From: Promethearchaeota archaeon
GTDB lineage: Archaea > Asgardarchaeota > Lokiarchaeia > Sigyniarchaeales > SOKP01
NCBI GenBank assembly: GCA_018238625.1
Contig: JABCSY010000035.1
Location: 1 to 36,491, forward strand
DNA: 36,491 nucleotides
Reading direction: 5' to 3'
This document shows positions 9,379 to 18,619 of this stretch, in pieces; position 1 is the stretch's first letter; each line of letters starts with the position of its first letter. The position numbers and the translations under genes were made by a program. The notes beneath the pieces were generated by a model. That model did not search any database, was not told the origin of the DNA, and saw only the letters and a list, made by a program, of their open reading frames with translations.

Positions 9379-10329
9379 TTAAAATTTCAAACCAAAAATT
9401 AAACCCAAAAAAATTGTTCCCGCAACTAAATCAGCTATGGTGCCTGGGTTTAGTTTACCATTTTGTTTCTGTAATTCTTTATCAAATTTAACTGTCAAAT
9501 TTAATCCTTTTTTAGTGGTAATACCTCCAAATTTTATAATATCTGAAGCTATTTTTGAGACATTCGACGCAGCTTCCTTACCCGCTTTCCGAATAATTAA
9601 GGTATCTAAATGCATGCTAAGCAATTTTAAATATGTATTGACAATTGTACTATTTATGTCTTTACATTTCTCATAAGTATCAAAAAAATATGGTAATCCT
9701 TCTTTTAATATAATATTGAAGCCACTAGCGTACTCGTTGCTTATTAAATCGTATTCTTTTGATAGCTCAAATATTTTTTTAAGATTTATATTATCCTTAA
9801 TAATATCCTTACGTGAATTTTCGTCGTTAATATCGTACTTTTCTATGCTACCTAGTCCACCTGGATTACATATTTTTATAGCGTCGTATAAATTCACCGT
9901 ATCTTTAACTGTAGCATCTTCGATAACCTTTTTAATTATAAATTCGAAATTTTCGATCTTTTTCATTTTTAATTTTAAACAAATTGTAGCTGCGGCGGCT
10001 AGTGGAGCTAAGATAAGAATGTGTCCTAGTAAGACGTTACCTCCAGACTGCCACTTCATCATTTGATTAGCAGATTCCTTAAAAAAAAGACCTAATTCAA
10101 CAGAACTAAAATTTTCTTTTTCACTTTCTACAGAGTTATATACCGTTTCACAAAATCCCTTAAAATTAGGTTGGATTGCTGCTATACCAGCCAAAAAGTG
10201 TTCAAATCTTGTATTTGGAAAATTTTTCGTTCTATGGACATTTCCCGGTTTAGGCCACCCAGATAACTCCAACAAGCTCGAAAGATTTATACACCTTACT
10301 AAATCATTAACTGATTGGGTAACGATCAC
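9379..10329 (-). CDS. citG: Triphosphoribosyl-dephospho-CoA synthase (archaeal CitG family)
   Basis: LLELSGWPKPGNVHR, GGNVLLG, DTLIIRKAG, LNPGTIADLVAG. Confidence 0.9.
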   Translation of the reverse strand: MIVTQSVNDLVRCINLSSLLELSGWPKPGNVHRTKNFPNTRFEHFLAGIAAIQPNFKGFCETVYNSVESEKENFSSVELGLFFKESANQMMKWQSGGNVLLGHILILAPLAAAATICLKLKMKKIENFEFIIKKVIEDATVKDTVNLYDAIKICNPGGLGSIEKYDINDENSRKDIIKDNINLKKIFELSKEYDLISNEYASGFNIILKEGLPYFFDTYEKCKDINSTIVNTYLKLLSMHLDTLIIRKAGKEAASNVSKIASDIIKFGGITTKKGLNLTVKFDKELQKQNGKLNPGTIADLVAGTIFLGLIFGLKF

Positions 10330-10376
10330 ATTTAAGATATTAATTTTAAAAATTAAAATAGTTTTTTAAAAGTAAA

Positions 10377-10688
10377 TTAATAATAAGTTAGTTCTAGAAC
10401 CTTTCTTTCTTTTATCATATACCCACTTTGGTTATTTGTGTTATATGAGATTGGTCTATATTTTTCGTTTAGATTTTTACGATACAGAAATTTTTTTAGT
10501 CTTAATTTAATTGCTCTCTTTGACAATTTGAGTGGCATTACTATTTCTAATTCGTTTCCATTGCGATTGAGTTCAATTTGCGGCAATTGTTCCTCTAAGA
10601 AACGCAATAAATCGTCCACTAATTGTTCTTTTTCAATGCTTAAGTCTTTTATATTTATAATTAATTCTTTAGTATCAACTTCACTCAT
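10377..10688 (-). CDS. rpl22e: Ribosomal protein eL22 (L22e) homolog
   Basis: LSKRAIKLRLKKFLYRKNL...YRPIS...GYMI...LTYY matches the eL22 pattern [27 protein letters not shown]...YELRY; 103 aa. Confidence 0.85.
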   Translation of the reverse strand: MSEVDTKELIINIKDLSIEKEQLVDDLLRFLEEQLPQIELNRNGNELEIVMPLKLSKRAIKLRLKKFLYRKNLNEKYRPISYNTNNQSGYMIKERKVLELTYY

Positions 10689-10819
10689 ATTCTAATCACT
10701 CAATATGATAATTATTGATATTATAAATTTTTTTTTATTTTTACACTTTCAACAATTATTATAAAAAGATTTAAATGAACTTTTTCTAATAATTATAAAG
10801 TACTTTTGAATATGGTGGA

Positions 10820-12103
10820 ATGATTTTGGTAGATTATGTAGATTTAAGTTATGAACCGAACGAAAATGATCTTGTTGTCATGTATTTCGTTGAAAAAGCG
10901 ATTGATTGTGAAAGTCTGGAAAAAGCTTGCGAGGAAATCGCTAAAGAAAGTTCAATAGGCACGTGGACAGATATTTTAACGATGTCTGCCGATATTGCTG
11001 AACGCCTCGAACCATCTGCTTTTTATATAGATCCACAAAATCAAATTATTAAAATTGCTTATTCTGAAGAATTGTTTGAAGCCGATAACATGTCTCAAAT
11101 TCTTAGCGCTATTGCCGGTAATATTTTTGGTATGAAGGTGATTAATAATTTAAGGCTTTTAGATATCACATTTCCTAAAAATATTGTCAGCAAATATAAA
11201 GGACCTAAATTCGGGATTAAAGGTATCAGAAAATTAACTGGAATAGAAAAAAGACCTTTGTTAGGAACAATCGTAAAACCCAAGGTAGGTTTAAACGAGA
11301 TCGAACACGCAAAAGTTTGTGAAGAGGCATGGATGGGCGGTTTGGACATAGTAAAGGACGACGAGAATTTAACTAGCATGGTCTTCAATAAATTCGATAA
11401 AAGGGTTGAGGAATCTTTAAAAGCTCGAGATAGAGCTCAAGCTGAAACGGGAGAAAAAAAGATTTATATGCCCAATATCACAGCAAAATTAAGTACAATG
11501 GAAAAAAGAGCAAATACCGTAATAAACAACGGTGGAGAATATGTAATGGTTGACATATTTACCGTAGGATTCTCAGCTTTGCAAGAACTTCGAGATTATC
11601 TAGACGATAAAAATATAGTAATTCACGCTCATAGAGCTATGCATGCGGCCTTTACACGCAATAAAAAACACGGAATGACGATGTTGGCTTTAGCCAAAAT
11701 AATGCGCCTAATTGGAATGGATCAACTCCATACGGGAACTATCGTTGGAAAAATGGAGGGTGGTAAAACAGAAGTTTTAGAGATAAATCAAGTAATTTCA
11801 GAACCAAATATTGCAGGAAACAATACAACGATTCTTGATCAAAAGTGGGGTGATATCAAACCTACTCTACCAGTCGCTTCAGGAGGTTTAAGCCCATTAC
11901 ACATCCCTGATTTAATAAAGTATTTAGGTAATGATATGGTGTATCAATTCGGAGGAGGATGCCACGGACATCCAGACGGAACCAGGGCAGGTGCAAGAGC
12001 GATAAGGCAAGCAGTTGATGCTACTTTGAATGGAATTGAATTGGAAGAATACGCAAAAAAGAAAGAAGAATTAGGAAAAGCAATCAAAAAATGGAGAAAA
12101 TAA
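10820..12103 (+). CDS. rbcL: Form III RuBisCO large subunit
   Basis: ESSIGTWT, GTIVKPKVGL, catalytic GGLDIVKDDEN, IHAHRAMHAAFTR, DQLHTGTIVGKMEG, PVASGGL, GGGCHGHPDG. The catalytic set looks complete, so not a form IV RLP. Confidence 0.96.
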   Translation: MILVDYVDLSYEPNENDLVVMYFVEKAIDCESLEKACEEIAKESSIGTWTDILTMSADIAERLEPSAFYIDPQNQIIKIAYSEELFEADNMSQILSAIAGNIFGMKVINNLRLLDITFPKNIVSKYKGPKFGIKGIRKLTGIEKRPLLGTIVKPKVGLNEIEHAKVCEEAWMGGLDIVKDDENLTSMVFNKFDKRVEESLKARDRAQAETGEKKIYMPNITAKLSTMEKRANTVINNGGEYVMVDIFTVGFSALQELRDYLDDKNIVIHAHRAMHAAFTRNKKHGMTMLALAKIMRLIGMDQLHTGTIVGKMEGGKTEVLEINQVISEPNIAGNNTTILDQKWGDIKPTLPVASGGLSPLHIPDLIKYLGNDMVYQFGGGCHGHPDGTRAGARAIRQAVDATLNGIELEEYAKKKEELGKAIKKWRK

Positions 12104-12127
12104 TTAAAATTTAACTTTTTTTAAGTT

Positions 12128-13072
12128 TTATAACATATCAGGATATAATTTTGCAAAGTAATTATGGACATGGCTACTTGCGAAGATCCCTGCTTCAGTT
12201 ATAAGCCCATCTATGTATCTTCTACTCACGGTCTCAAAAGCCGGATTCAAGATAGTTAAACCCTCTGGAGCGTCCTCCCATACTTCTTTAGGGTCTCTCA
12301 TTTCAATTTTTTCCAAAATACCAAAGGAAGTCTGAGGGTTATATTTTAAAAGAGGGGATGCAACATAGAAAGGTACATGTTCTTCATGTGCTACTAATGC
12401 TAACAATCGAGAACCAATTTTATTAATAATCGTACCTTCTGAAGTAATAGAATCTGCCCCAATAATTATTAAATCAACTTCATAATGGTTAACAACCCAA
12501 CGCATAGCACTATCAACTACGTGAATAACTTCAATTCCAGCATCAAGTAATTTTCTGACTGTTTTTCTTCCTTGTAGTCTTGGTTGAGTTTCTGTTGCTA
12601 CGACTTTAAAATGGTCTTTCCCCTGTCTTTTTGCTTCTAATAGGATAGCATTTACAATGCTTGAATGGCAATGAGTCATTATAACAAAGTTATCGTCCGT
12701 ACTTACGTCAGGAATTCTCCTGGCACCAATTTCAGCTATTTTCTTTTTTGAATTTTGCATCAATAATTTATACTCATCCTTACAGCTAGTAATTAATTCC
12801 AAAATTTCTTTTATTGATAACGATTCTATTTTTTTTTTTAATCGATTCATCAGAAAATTAAGTCCATTTCTCAAGGCAGGCTCAGTCGCCCTCGTTTGGA
12901 ATAAGATGGCTTTAGCTTCTATTAATTTATTAAATATTTCTTCTGAAGTAACTGTTTTACCAATTCTTTGTGCGTAATCGCTTAAGAATTGTATTGCACT
13001 GATTGCAACATTTGAAGCTCCCTGAATTTCTAAGGATTTAATCCTTTTAGCGTCCTTTAATAATTGTTCTAT
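12128..13072 (-). CDS. Ribose-1,5-bisphosphate isomerase (eIF2B-alpha/MtnA family)
   Basis: MTHCHSS, ETQPRLQGR, IGADSIT, NKIGS, NPAFE. The frame stays open upstream of the track start at 12874 (IEQLLKDAKRIKSLEIQGASNVA...TRATEPALRNG) up to a TGA at 13079-13081. Probable ATA start at 13072 gives about 314 aa. Confidence 0.88.
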   Translation of the reverse strand: MEQLLKDAKRIKSLEIQGASNVAISAIQFLSDYAQRIGKTVTSEEIFNKLIEAKAILFQTRATEPALRNGLNFLMNRLKKKIESLSIKEILELITSCKDEYKLLMQNSKKKIAEIGARRIPDVSTDDNFVIMTHCHSSIVNAILLEAKRQGKDHFKVVATETQPRLQGRKTVRKLLDAGIEVIHVVDSAMRWVVNHYEVDLIIIGADSITSEGTIINKIGSRLLALVAHEEHVPFYVASPLLKYNPQTSFGILEKIEMRDPKEVWEDAPEGLTILNPAFETVSRRYIDGLITEAGIFASSHVHNYFAKLYPDML

Positions 13073-13133
13073 AATTATTCACCAATTTTTTTAATGTTAA
13101 TATATAAAATATCTATATTTTTATTTTATTATC

Positions 13134-13346
13134 TTACTTTTCTTGATCCTCATTATCTGAATTCTGGGTCAACTCTAGATCGTTTGGGTCTATCTCTATA
13201 TAGAGAGCTCCAACGTAATCACACGAAGTACACTCAAATGAGTTAGGTGCTAGCCAACCGGAAACATTCATAGCGTTTTTCAAAGTAGCCTTTTTACACC
13301 TAGGACAAATTCTTATGCGTACCTTTTTTTTTTTAATAAATTTCAT
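13134..13346 (-). CDS. Small zinc-ribbon (CPxC...CxxC) protein
   Basis: ICPRCKK...GWLAPNSFECTSCDYVG; basic N-terminus and acidic tail. Confidence 0.75.
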   Translation of the reverse strand: MKFIKKKKVRIRICPRCKKATLKNAMNVSGWLAPNSFECTSCDYVGALYIEIDPNDLELTQNSDNEDQEK

Positions 13347-13496
13347 TGTAATAAGAAATGAATAATTCTTTTATTTTTTGATCAATATTCAATAATCACA
13401 AATAACATAAATACATAGATGTTCCTAAAAAATTGTTTAGATATTTTCTGTGATTTTACAATTTAACTTAAACAATCAGCGCTTAACCTACCTACT

Positions 13497-15329
13497 ATGA
13501 ATGATTTAGAAATAAAACGAAAAAGTATGCCAAACGAGCCAGGCGTATATTTTTTTCTCAATAATAAAAAAACGATTATTTATGTGGGCAAAGCTATAAA
13601 TCTTAGGAAGAGAGTGAATCAATATTTCCAAAAAACATCTTACAACGATCCCTTTTACGAAGAAAAAATTAAGGAGCTAGTTAAAAACATTCATTCTATT
13701 GATTTCATCGTTACAGAAAACGAAAAAGAAGCTAAAATTTTAGAAAACATACAAATTAAGAAATATCAACCTCGTTTTAACGTAATAATGCGCGATTCTA
13801 AGACTTATCCATGGGTTGGGATATTTTTTTCAGAAACATACCCTAGAATCAGACTTATAAGAGGGCCAGAAAAGTATTCTCAAGAAAATTTGTTTTTAGG
13901 GCCTTATACTGATAAAAAGGAAATCAGTAGAATTTTAAGAGATTTGCGTAAAATTTTCCCTTATTGTTCTTGTAAAAACAAAGTTAAAAAAAAAAAAAGA
14001 CCTTGTTTGTATTTCCAGTTGAAGCTATGTCCAGGACCATGTATTGAAGCAGTAACTAAAGATGATTATTTAGAAAATATAAAACAAATAGAATTGTTTT
14101 TAAAAGGTCAGACTGAAGAATTAAAGGGTCAGATTGAAGAAAATATGAGAAATGCGGCACAATCGCAAGATTTTGAAATTGCTGCTTTTTGGAGAGATAA
14201 ACTCAACGCAATAGATAATTCTACAATAACTCAAAGTGTTCTGTTAGAAAACAAGGAAAATAAAGATATTATCGGCTACTTTAATGACGAGGGACAAAAA
14301 TACATAGCGATGGTTATGATTCATATACGTGAAGGAAAGATATCGAATAAGAGTTCCTTTATGTTAAATATAAAAGAGAAATTAATTCATAAGGATGAGA
14401 TTTTCCCTTCGATACTGGAACAGTTTTACCAAAATGTGACACACAATTTACCCGATGTTATTGTCGTTCCGGAATTTTACGATGGAGTAGGTGTGTTTAA
14501 AGAGATTCTTAAAGATTTCCGTGCTGATTTAAAGATTCGAACACCTATGGAAGAAGAATATGGCTTGCTTCGAATTGCGAATAAAAACGCTAAAGTCATA
14601 GTGGAACAAGAAATTCAAATGGAAGAAATTAAAAAGAATGAGGAAGATCAAATTAAAAAAACGTTGGAAGAAGCTAAAGAGATATTTAATTTACCCAAGG
14701 TGCCTAGAATAATTGAAGGCTTCGATATTTCTAATATAGAAGGGACAGACGCAACAGGGTCTATGGTTTATTTTCTTGAAGGGCACCCTTATAATAAAAA
14801 TTATCGCCATTTTAAGATTCGTACAAAATCTACTCCGGATGATGTCGCAATGATGAAAGAGGTGATTAAAAGGAGATACACTATGATTTTAGAGCGTAAT
14901 TTAGAGTTACCAGACTTAATCCTCGTTGACGGAGGAAAGGGTCAATTGAACGCAGGTTATTCTGTTTTGAAGGATTTAGGAATTGATGGCATTCCAATTA
15001 TAGGTTTAGCAAAGAAATTTGAGGAAATTTATGTTCCCAACAAAAAGGACCCGATTATTTTGCCTAAAAATTCACAACTTCTTAAAATATTTCAAAGGGT
15101 CAGAGATGAGGCCCATCGTTTTGCAGTAAGGCTTCATAAAAAACAACGAATAAAAAGAGTAAAAAGGTCTGTTTTGGATGACATAAAAGGTATAGGACCA
15201 GCAACTAAAAGTAAATTACTTAAAAATTTTGGTAGCGTGAATAGCATCAAGGAAGCTTCTCTTGAAGAAATAGCTCAAGTTGTTGGAAAAAAGTTGGCTG
15301 ATACAATATTAAAAAAGTTGAATAGTTGA
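13497..15329 (+). CDS. uvrC: Excinuclease ABC subunit C
   Basis: PNEPGVYFF...IYVGKAINLRKRV (GIY-YIG), Cys cluster, UVR domain, IEGFDISN, PDLILVDGGKGQL, RDEAHRFA, C-terminal HhH (IKGIGP). Confidence 0.97.
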   Translation: MNDLEIKRKSMPNEPGVYFFLNNKKTIIYVGKAINLRKRVNQYFQKTSYNDPFYEEKIKELVKNIHSIDFIVTENEKEAKILENIQIKKYQPRFNVIMRDSKTYPWVGIFFSETYPRIRLIRGPEKYSQENLFLGPYTDKKEISRILRDLRKIFPYCSCKNKVKKKKRPCLYFQLKLCPGPCIEAVTKDDYLENIKQIELFLKGQTEELKGQIEENMRNAAQSQDFEIAAFWRDKLNAIDNSTITQSVLLENKENKDIIGYFNDEGQKYIAMVMIHIREGKISNKSSFMLNIKEKLIHKDEIFPSILEQFYQNVTHNLPDVIVVPEFYDGVGVFKEILKDFRADLKIRTPMEEEYGLLRIANKNAKVIVEQEIQMEEIKKNEEDQIKKTLEEAKEIFNLPKVPRIIEGFDISNIEGTDATGSMVYFLEGHPYNKNYRHFKIRTKSTPDDVAMMKEVIKRRYTMILERNLELPDLILVDGGKGQLNAGYSVLKDLGIDGIPIIGLAKKFEEIYVPNKKDPIILPKNSQLLKIFQRVRDEAHRFAVRLHKKQRIKRVKRSVLDDIKGIGPATKSKLLKNFGSVNSIKEASLEEIAQVVGKKLADTILKKLNS

Positions 15330-15374
15330 AAAAATTTAATTAAAAAAAAATTTGGATTGTTTATTTACAAACCT

Positions 15375-16640
15375 TTACAGATATTCATTCTTTATTTTTG
15401 AAAAGATTGTAAATATAATTATCATTGCACCTAATAAAATGAATGTCAACCCTAAATTTACCATAGTTAGATATCCAATTATAGGATAAAGAACTGCTCT
15501 TATTAAGCTTGCAATCATACTTATAGAGCTTAACACTGTTGCTCTATTCTCCGTCTCTATTTGTTTATTTATGCCTTCTGTAAAGATAAATCTTCTTGAA
15601 AAGCCCATACCAATAATTATTAGAATTAAAGCAATGCCAATAGGTATCAAATTAATCAATGCCATAGAAATGTATGCAATTCCCGGAATTATCGTATATA
15701 TTTGAAGAAAGATTTTTTTGTTACTGTATCGTTTTTCTAATTTTGGTATTAAGTTAGTAAATATTATTTGAATTAGAGTCATCGACGCTACTACAAATCC
15801 AAAGTATTCCATGTTAAAGTTTAACGCTTCAAGATATAACTGGTAAGTCCAAATAAGAAAAAATACTAAGGATTCCGTAATAACTTGGTTTAATGCTAAT
15901 TTCCTTAAGATTCGATTTTTTATTAGTTCCGATACTCCAGATTTTATGATTTTAAGATATTTCTCAGGCTTCTCTTTCACTAAATCGTGATTAGGTTCTT
16001 TAAGTGATATTGCTATAATTGTTGCGGCGATAAATGGGAAGAACATCAAGCTCATAGTGAGCTGTAGAGATAGCATAGCTCCGATTAATGATCCTATTGG
16101 AGCAGATATTCCAATTCCTAGTAACATGTAAGTTCTACTTCGCGCCATAGTTTTTGTGATCTCTTGTTCTCTACCTAGTTTTCTTAGAGTATCGTACGTA
16201 AATGCCTGATCCGTGCCAGAAATCAGCGAATATTCAATTGCAAATAATGTTTCCCCAATTATAAACAGCGTAATACTAGGATAACTCGAGTATATCAAAG
16301 CAGCTAAAGCTGCTGAAAGAGTTCCTAATATAAGTGATAATTTTCGACTGAAATGATCTGCAATCGCTCCACATGGTATTTCAAAAATTAAAATCACTAC
16401 AGTGAAATAACTCTGTAAAAACATTACTTCGACAAACGATATTTTTCCCCACATTAGGAAAAAAGGTAATAAAACTCCTGCAATTAGATGGCAACCCATG
16501 AAAAAATGAATTAAATAGGATTTCCATATATTTGACTTCCATTTGCTCAAGTAAACCTGCAAATCTTTTATTTCTTCTTCTTTAGGAGATTGAAGCGTTC
16601 TACCTCCAGTACATTCCTTTAATTTTGACAATTTTTTCAC
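15375..16640 (-). CDS. MFS transporter
   Basis: About 12 hydrophobic segments; FEIPCGAIADHFSRK (motif A), SGTDQAFTYD, NRATVLS. True start uncertain. Confidence 0.9.
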   Translation of the reverse strand: MKKLSKLKECTGGRTLQSPKEEEIKDLQVYLSKWKSNIWKSYLIHFFMGCHLIAGVLLPFFLMWGKISFVEVMFLQSYFTVVILIFEIPCGAIADHFSRKLSLILGTLSAALAALIYSSYPSITLFIIGETLFAIEYSLISGTDQAFTYDTLRKLGREQEITKTMARSRTYMLLGIGISAPIGSLIGAMLSLQLTMSLMFFPFIAATIIAISLKEPNHDLVKEKPEKYLKIIKSGVSELIKNRILRKLALNQVITESLVFFLIWTYQLYLEALNFNMEYFGFVVASMTLIQIIFTNLIPKLEKRYSNKKIFLQIYTIIPGIAYISMALINLIPIGIALILIIIGMGFSRRFIFTEGINKQIETENRATVLSSISMIASLIRAVLYPIIGYLTMVNLGLTFILLGAMIIIFTIFSKIKNEYL

Positions 16641-16844
16641 CTATTTTATTTAAAATTTATTTTTACTTTTCTATAATAAAAAACATGTTCGGGAAATCGT
16701 ATTTGAAAAGTTTGAAGTAAAAGCAATGTTGTAGATTAAGAAAATTCTGTAGGAAAGGTTAAAAATACGATAAATTGAGTCAATTAAGAAAAAAATTCAA
16801 AGAATCAGAGAAAAAGCGTTGTTATGTCGTTGTTTTTATGTTTA

Positions 16845-16982
16845 TTATGGTAAAGTAATAGGATATGTTACCTTACAACCAATAAGCATAATTTTTATGG
16901 CTAATGATTTATTTATAGACGGATCGTGGACTATAGTAATTCCACAATAATTCTTTTTCCATCCAAATACTTTATTGGCCAT
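16845..16982 (-). CDS. Possible 45-aa small protein (below track cutoff)
   Basis: ATG...TAA frame encoding MANKVFGWKKNYCGITIVHDPSINKSLAIKIMLIGCKVTYPITLP, in a 505-bp gap, same strand as both neighbours. Confidence 0.4.
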   Translation of the reverse strand: MANKVFGWKKNYCGITIVHDPSINKSLAIKIMLIGCKVTYPITLP

Positions 16983-17145
16983 GACACTTTCAACAAATAT
17001 GTTTAATATTATATAGATTAATATAACGCAATAATTTAAAAATTTAGCGTTCAGAAATACCCTTTATTTGGATTAGGTGGGATAATAATGGGAAATCCCT
17101 TTTTTTTTTAAAATTATTTTCTAAACTCTATCAATAGAAAAAGTC

Positions 17146-18588
17146 TCAATCTAAATCTGAAATTACTAGTTTGATAAGTTCAGCTGTGGTTTCACAATAA
17201 ACTCGAGCTAACGAATCGCTCTTTGCTTCGCTAATAACTCGAATTATAGGCTCTGTATTTGAAGGGTGAATAAGGACGAACCACTCCTTTTCTTTACCAA
17301 ATCTAAGATCGTAATCTATTTGGTTAAAAATTTCACCCTCATCAATCAACTCTTGTTTAATCCTTTCAATTATTAGTTTTACATCCTTGGAAGCGATTTT
17401 TATTTTTTCTCTATAGGAAAAGAATTTTGGTAGTTTAGAAACGAGCTTTGATATTTTTTCTCCTGAATCTAATAGTATCTCAACAATTTTAGCAGCAGCA
17501 AAAATTCCATCCCTAGTATTATTAAAACTTGGGAACATTACACCCCCACACGAACCTTCACCGCCAAAAATTAAACTGTTTTTTGAAGTTTTACTTAGTT
17601 CTTCTATTAAATTGTGCATTTTTTCAACTAGAAATATCTCTCCTATTGGTGTTCTTATTACTCGCGCGCCGTATTTTTCAGCAATTATGTCAAACATTAA
17701 AGAAGACGCTAAATTTGTTATAAAAATGACTTCTTCCGTTTGGTTTCCGAAATTTTTTAATTGGTATTCCATAATAAGCGCTAAGCCAATATCCTCCGGA
17801 TAACATGTACCATTTTCACCTATAATTGCCAATCTATCGGCGTCGCAATCGTGGGCAAATCCAACATCGTATTTACCTTGCCAAACTTCCATAATTAAAT
17901 CTTTCAGGTTTTTTTGTGTAGGTTCAATCTCCCTTGGAAATTGTTTGTTTTTAGTTAAATTGTTGTTGATTACCTTAACTTCACACCCCAATCCTTTAAG
18001 CATTTGAGGCGTAGCATGTTTACCCGCTCCCGCTCCAGTATCTACAACGACTCTAAGATTATTTTTTTTATTAATCCTTCCTATATTAAGATCTTTAAAT
18101 AGAGCTTGAGTATAGTCTGGGATTGGGTTGAAATTGGAGATATTTTTCTTGAAATTCCGTTTAGTAAAATTATAAGTTTTTAAATCAATATCTTTTAACA
18201 TATGAGCAATCTGTTCTAGATCCTCGTTATGTAAATAAGTCCTTGAAGATAACAATTTTAAACCATTCCATTCTTGAGGATTGTGAGAGCCTGTAATAAC
18301 AATTCCCGCAGGAATGTTTAACTTATTTTTTGCATGAATAATAATTGGTGTTGGACATACTCCGACATTTACCACGCTAAACCCTGTAGAGATTAACCCC
18401 TCAACAATACCCTTTTCAAGAGTCTTTCCACTTGATCGCGTATCTCTACCTATTATAATTTTTTTATTATCGCCATTAAACCATTCGCCAAAAGCGATAG
18501 CAATCTTTTTTGCTGTTTTAAAGTTCAAATCTTTACCTGTAATTCCCCGAATTCCACTAAAAGTAAAAATTAAATTATTTATTTCCAT
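17146..18588 (-). CDS. Alpha-D-phosphohexomutase family (PGM/PMM/GlmM/phosphopentomutase)
   Basis: SGIRG, IGRDTR, active-site ITGSHNP, metal loop DCDADR, GEGSCG, HPSNTEP. Confidence 0.93.
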   Translation of the reverse strand: MEINNLIFTFSGIRGITGKDLNFKTAKKIAIAFGEWFNGDNKKIIIGRDTRSSGKTLEKGIVEGLISTGFSVVNVGVCPTPIIIHAKNKLNIPAGIVITGSHNPQEWNGLKLLSSRTYLHNEDLEQIAHMLKDIDLKTYNFTKRNFKKNISNFNPIPDYTQALFKDLNIGRINKKNNLRVVVDTGAGAGKHATPQMLKGLGCEVKVINNNLTKNKQFPREIEPTQKNLKDLIMEVWQGKYDVGFAHDCDADRLAIIGENGTCYPEDIGLALIMEYQLKNFGNQTEEVIFITNLASSLMFDIIAEKYGARVIRTPIGEIFLVEKMHNLIEELSKTSKNSLIFGGEGSCGGVMFPSFNNTRDGIFAAAKIVEILLDSGEKISKLVSKLPKFFSYREKIKIASKDVKLIIERIKQELIDEGEIFNQIDYDLRFGKEKEWFVLIHPSNTEPIIRVISEAKSDSLARVYCETTAELIKLVISDLD

Positions 18589-18619
18589 AATAAATCGTGT
18601 GTAATTTGTAAAGAGAAAA

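Noticed and set aside
12128-13072. Annotation as translation factor eIF2B subunit
   Set aside because: Retains the catalytic Cys (THCHS) and Asp (GADS) and lies next to form III RuBisCO, favouring R15P isomerase.
13064-13246. 60-aa plus-strand ORF
   Set aside because: Antisense to the zinc-ribbon gene and the R15Pi start region; no motif.
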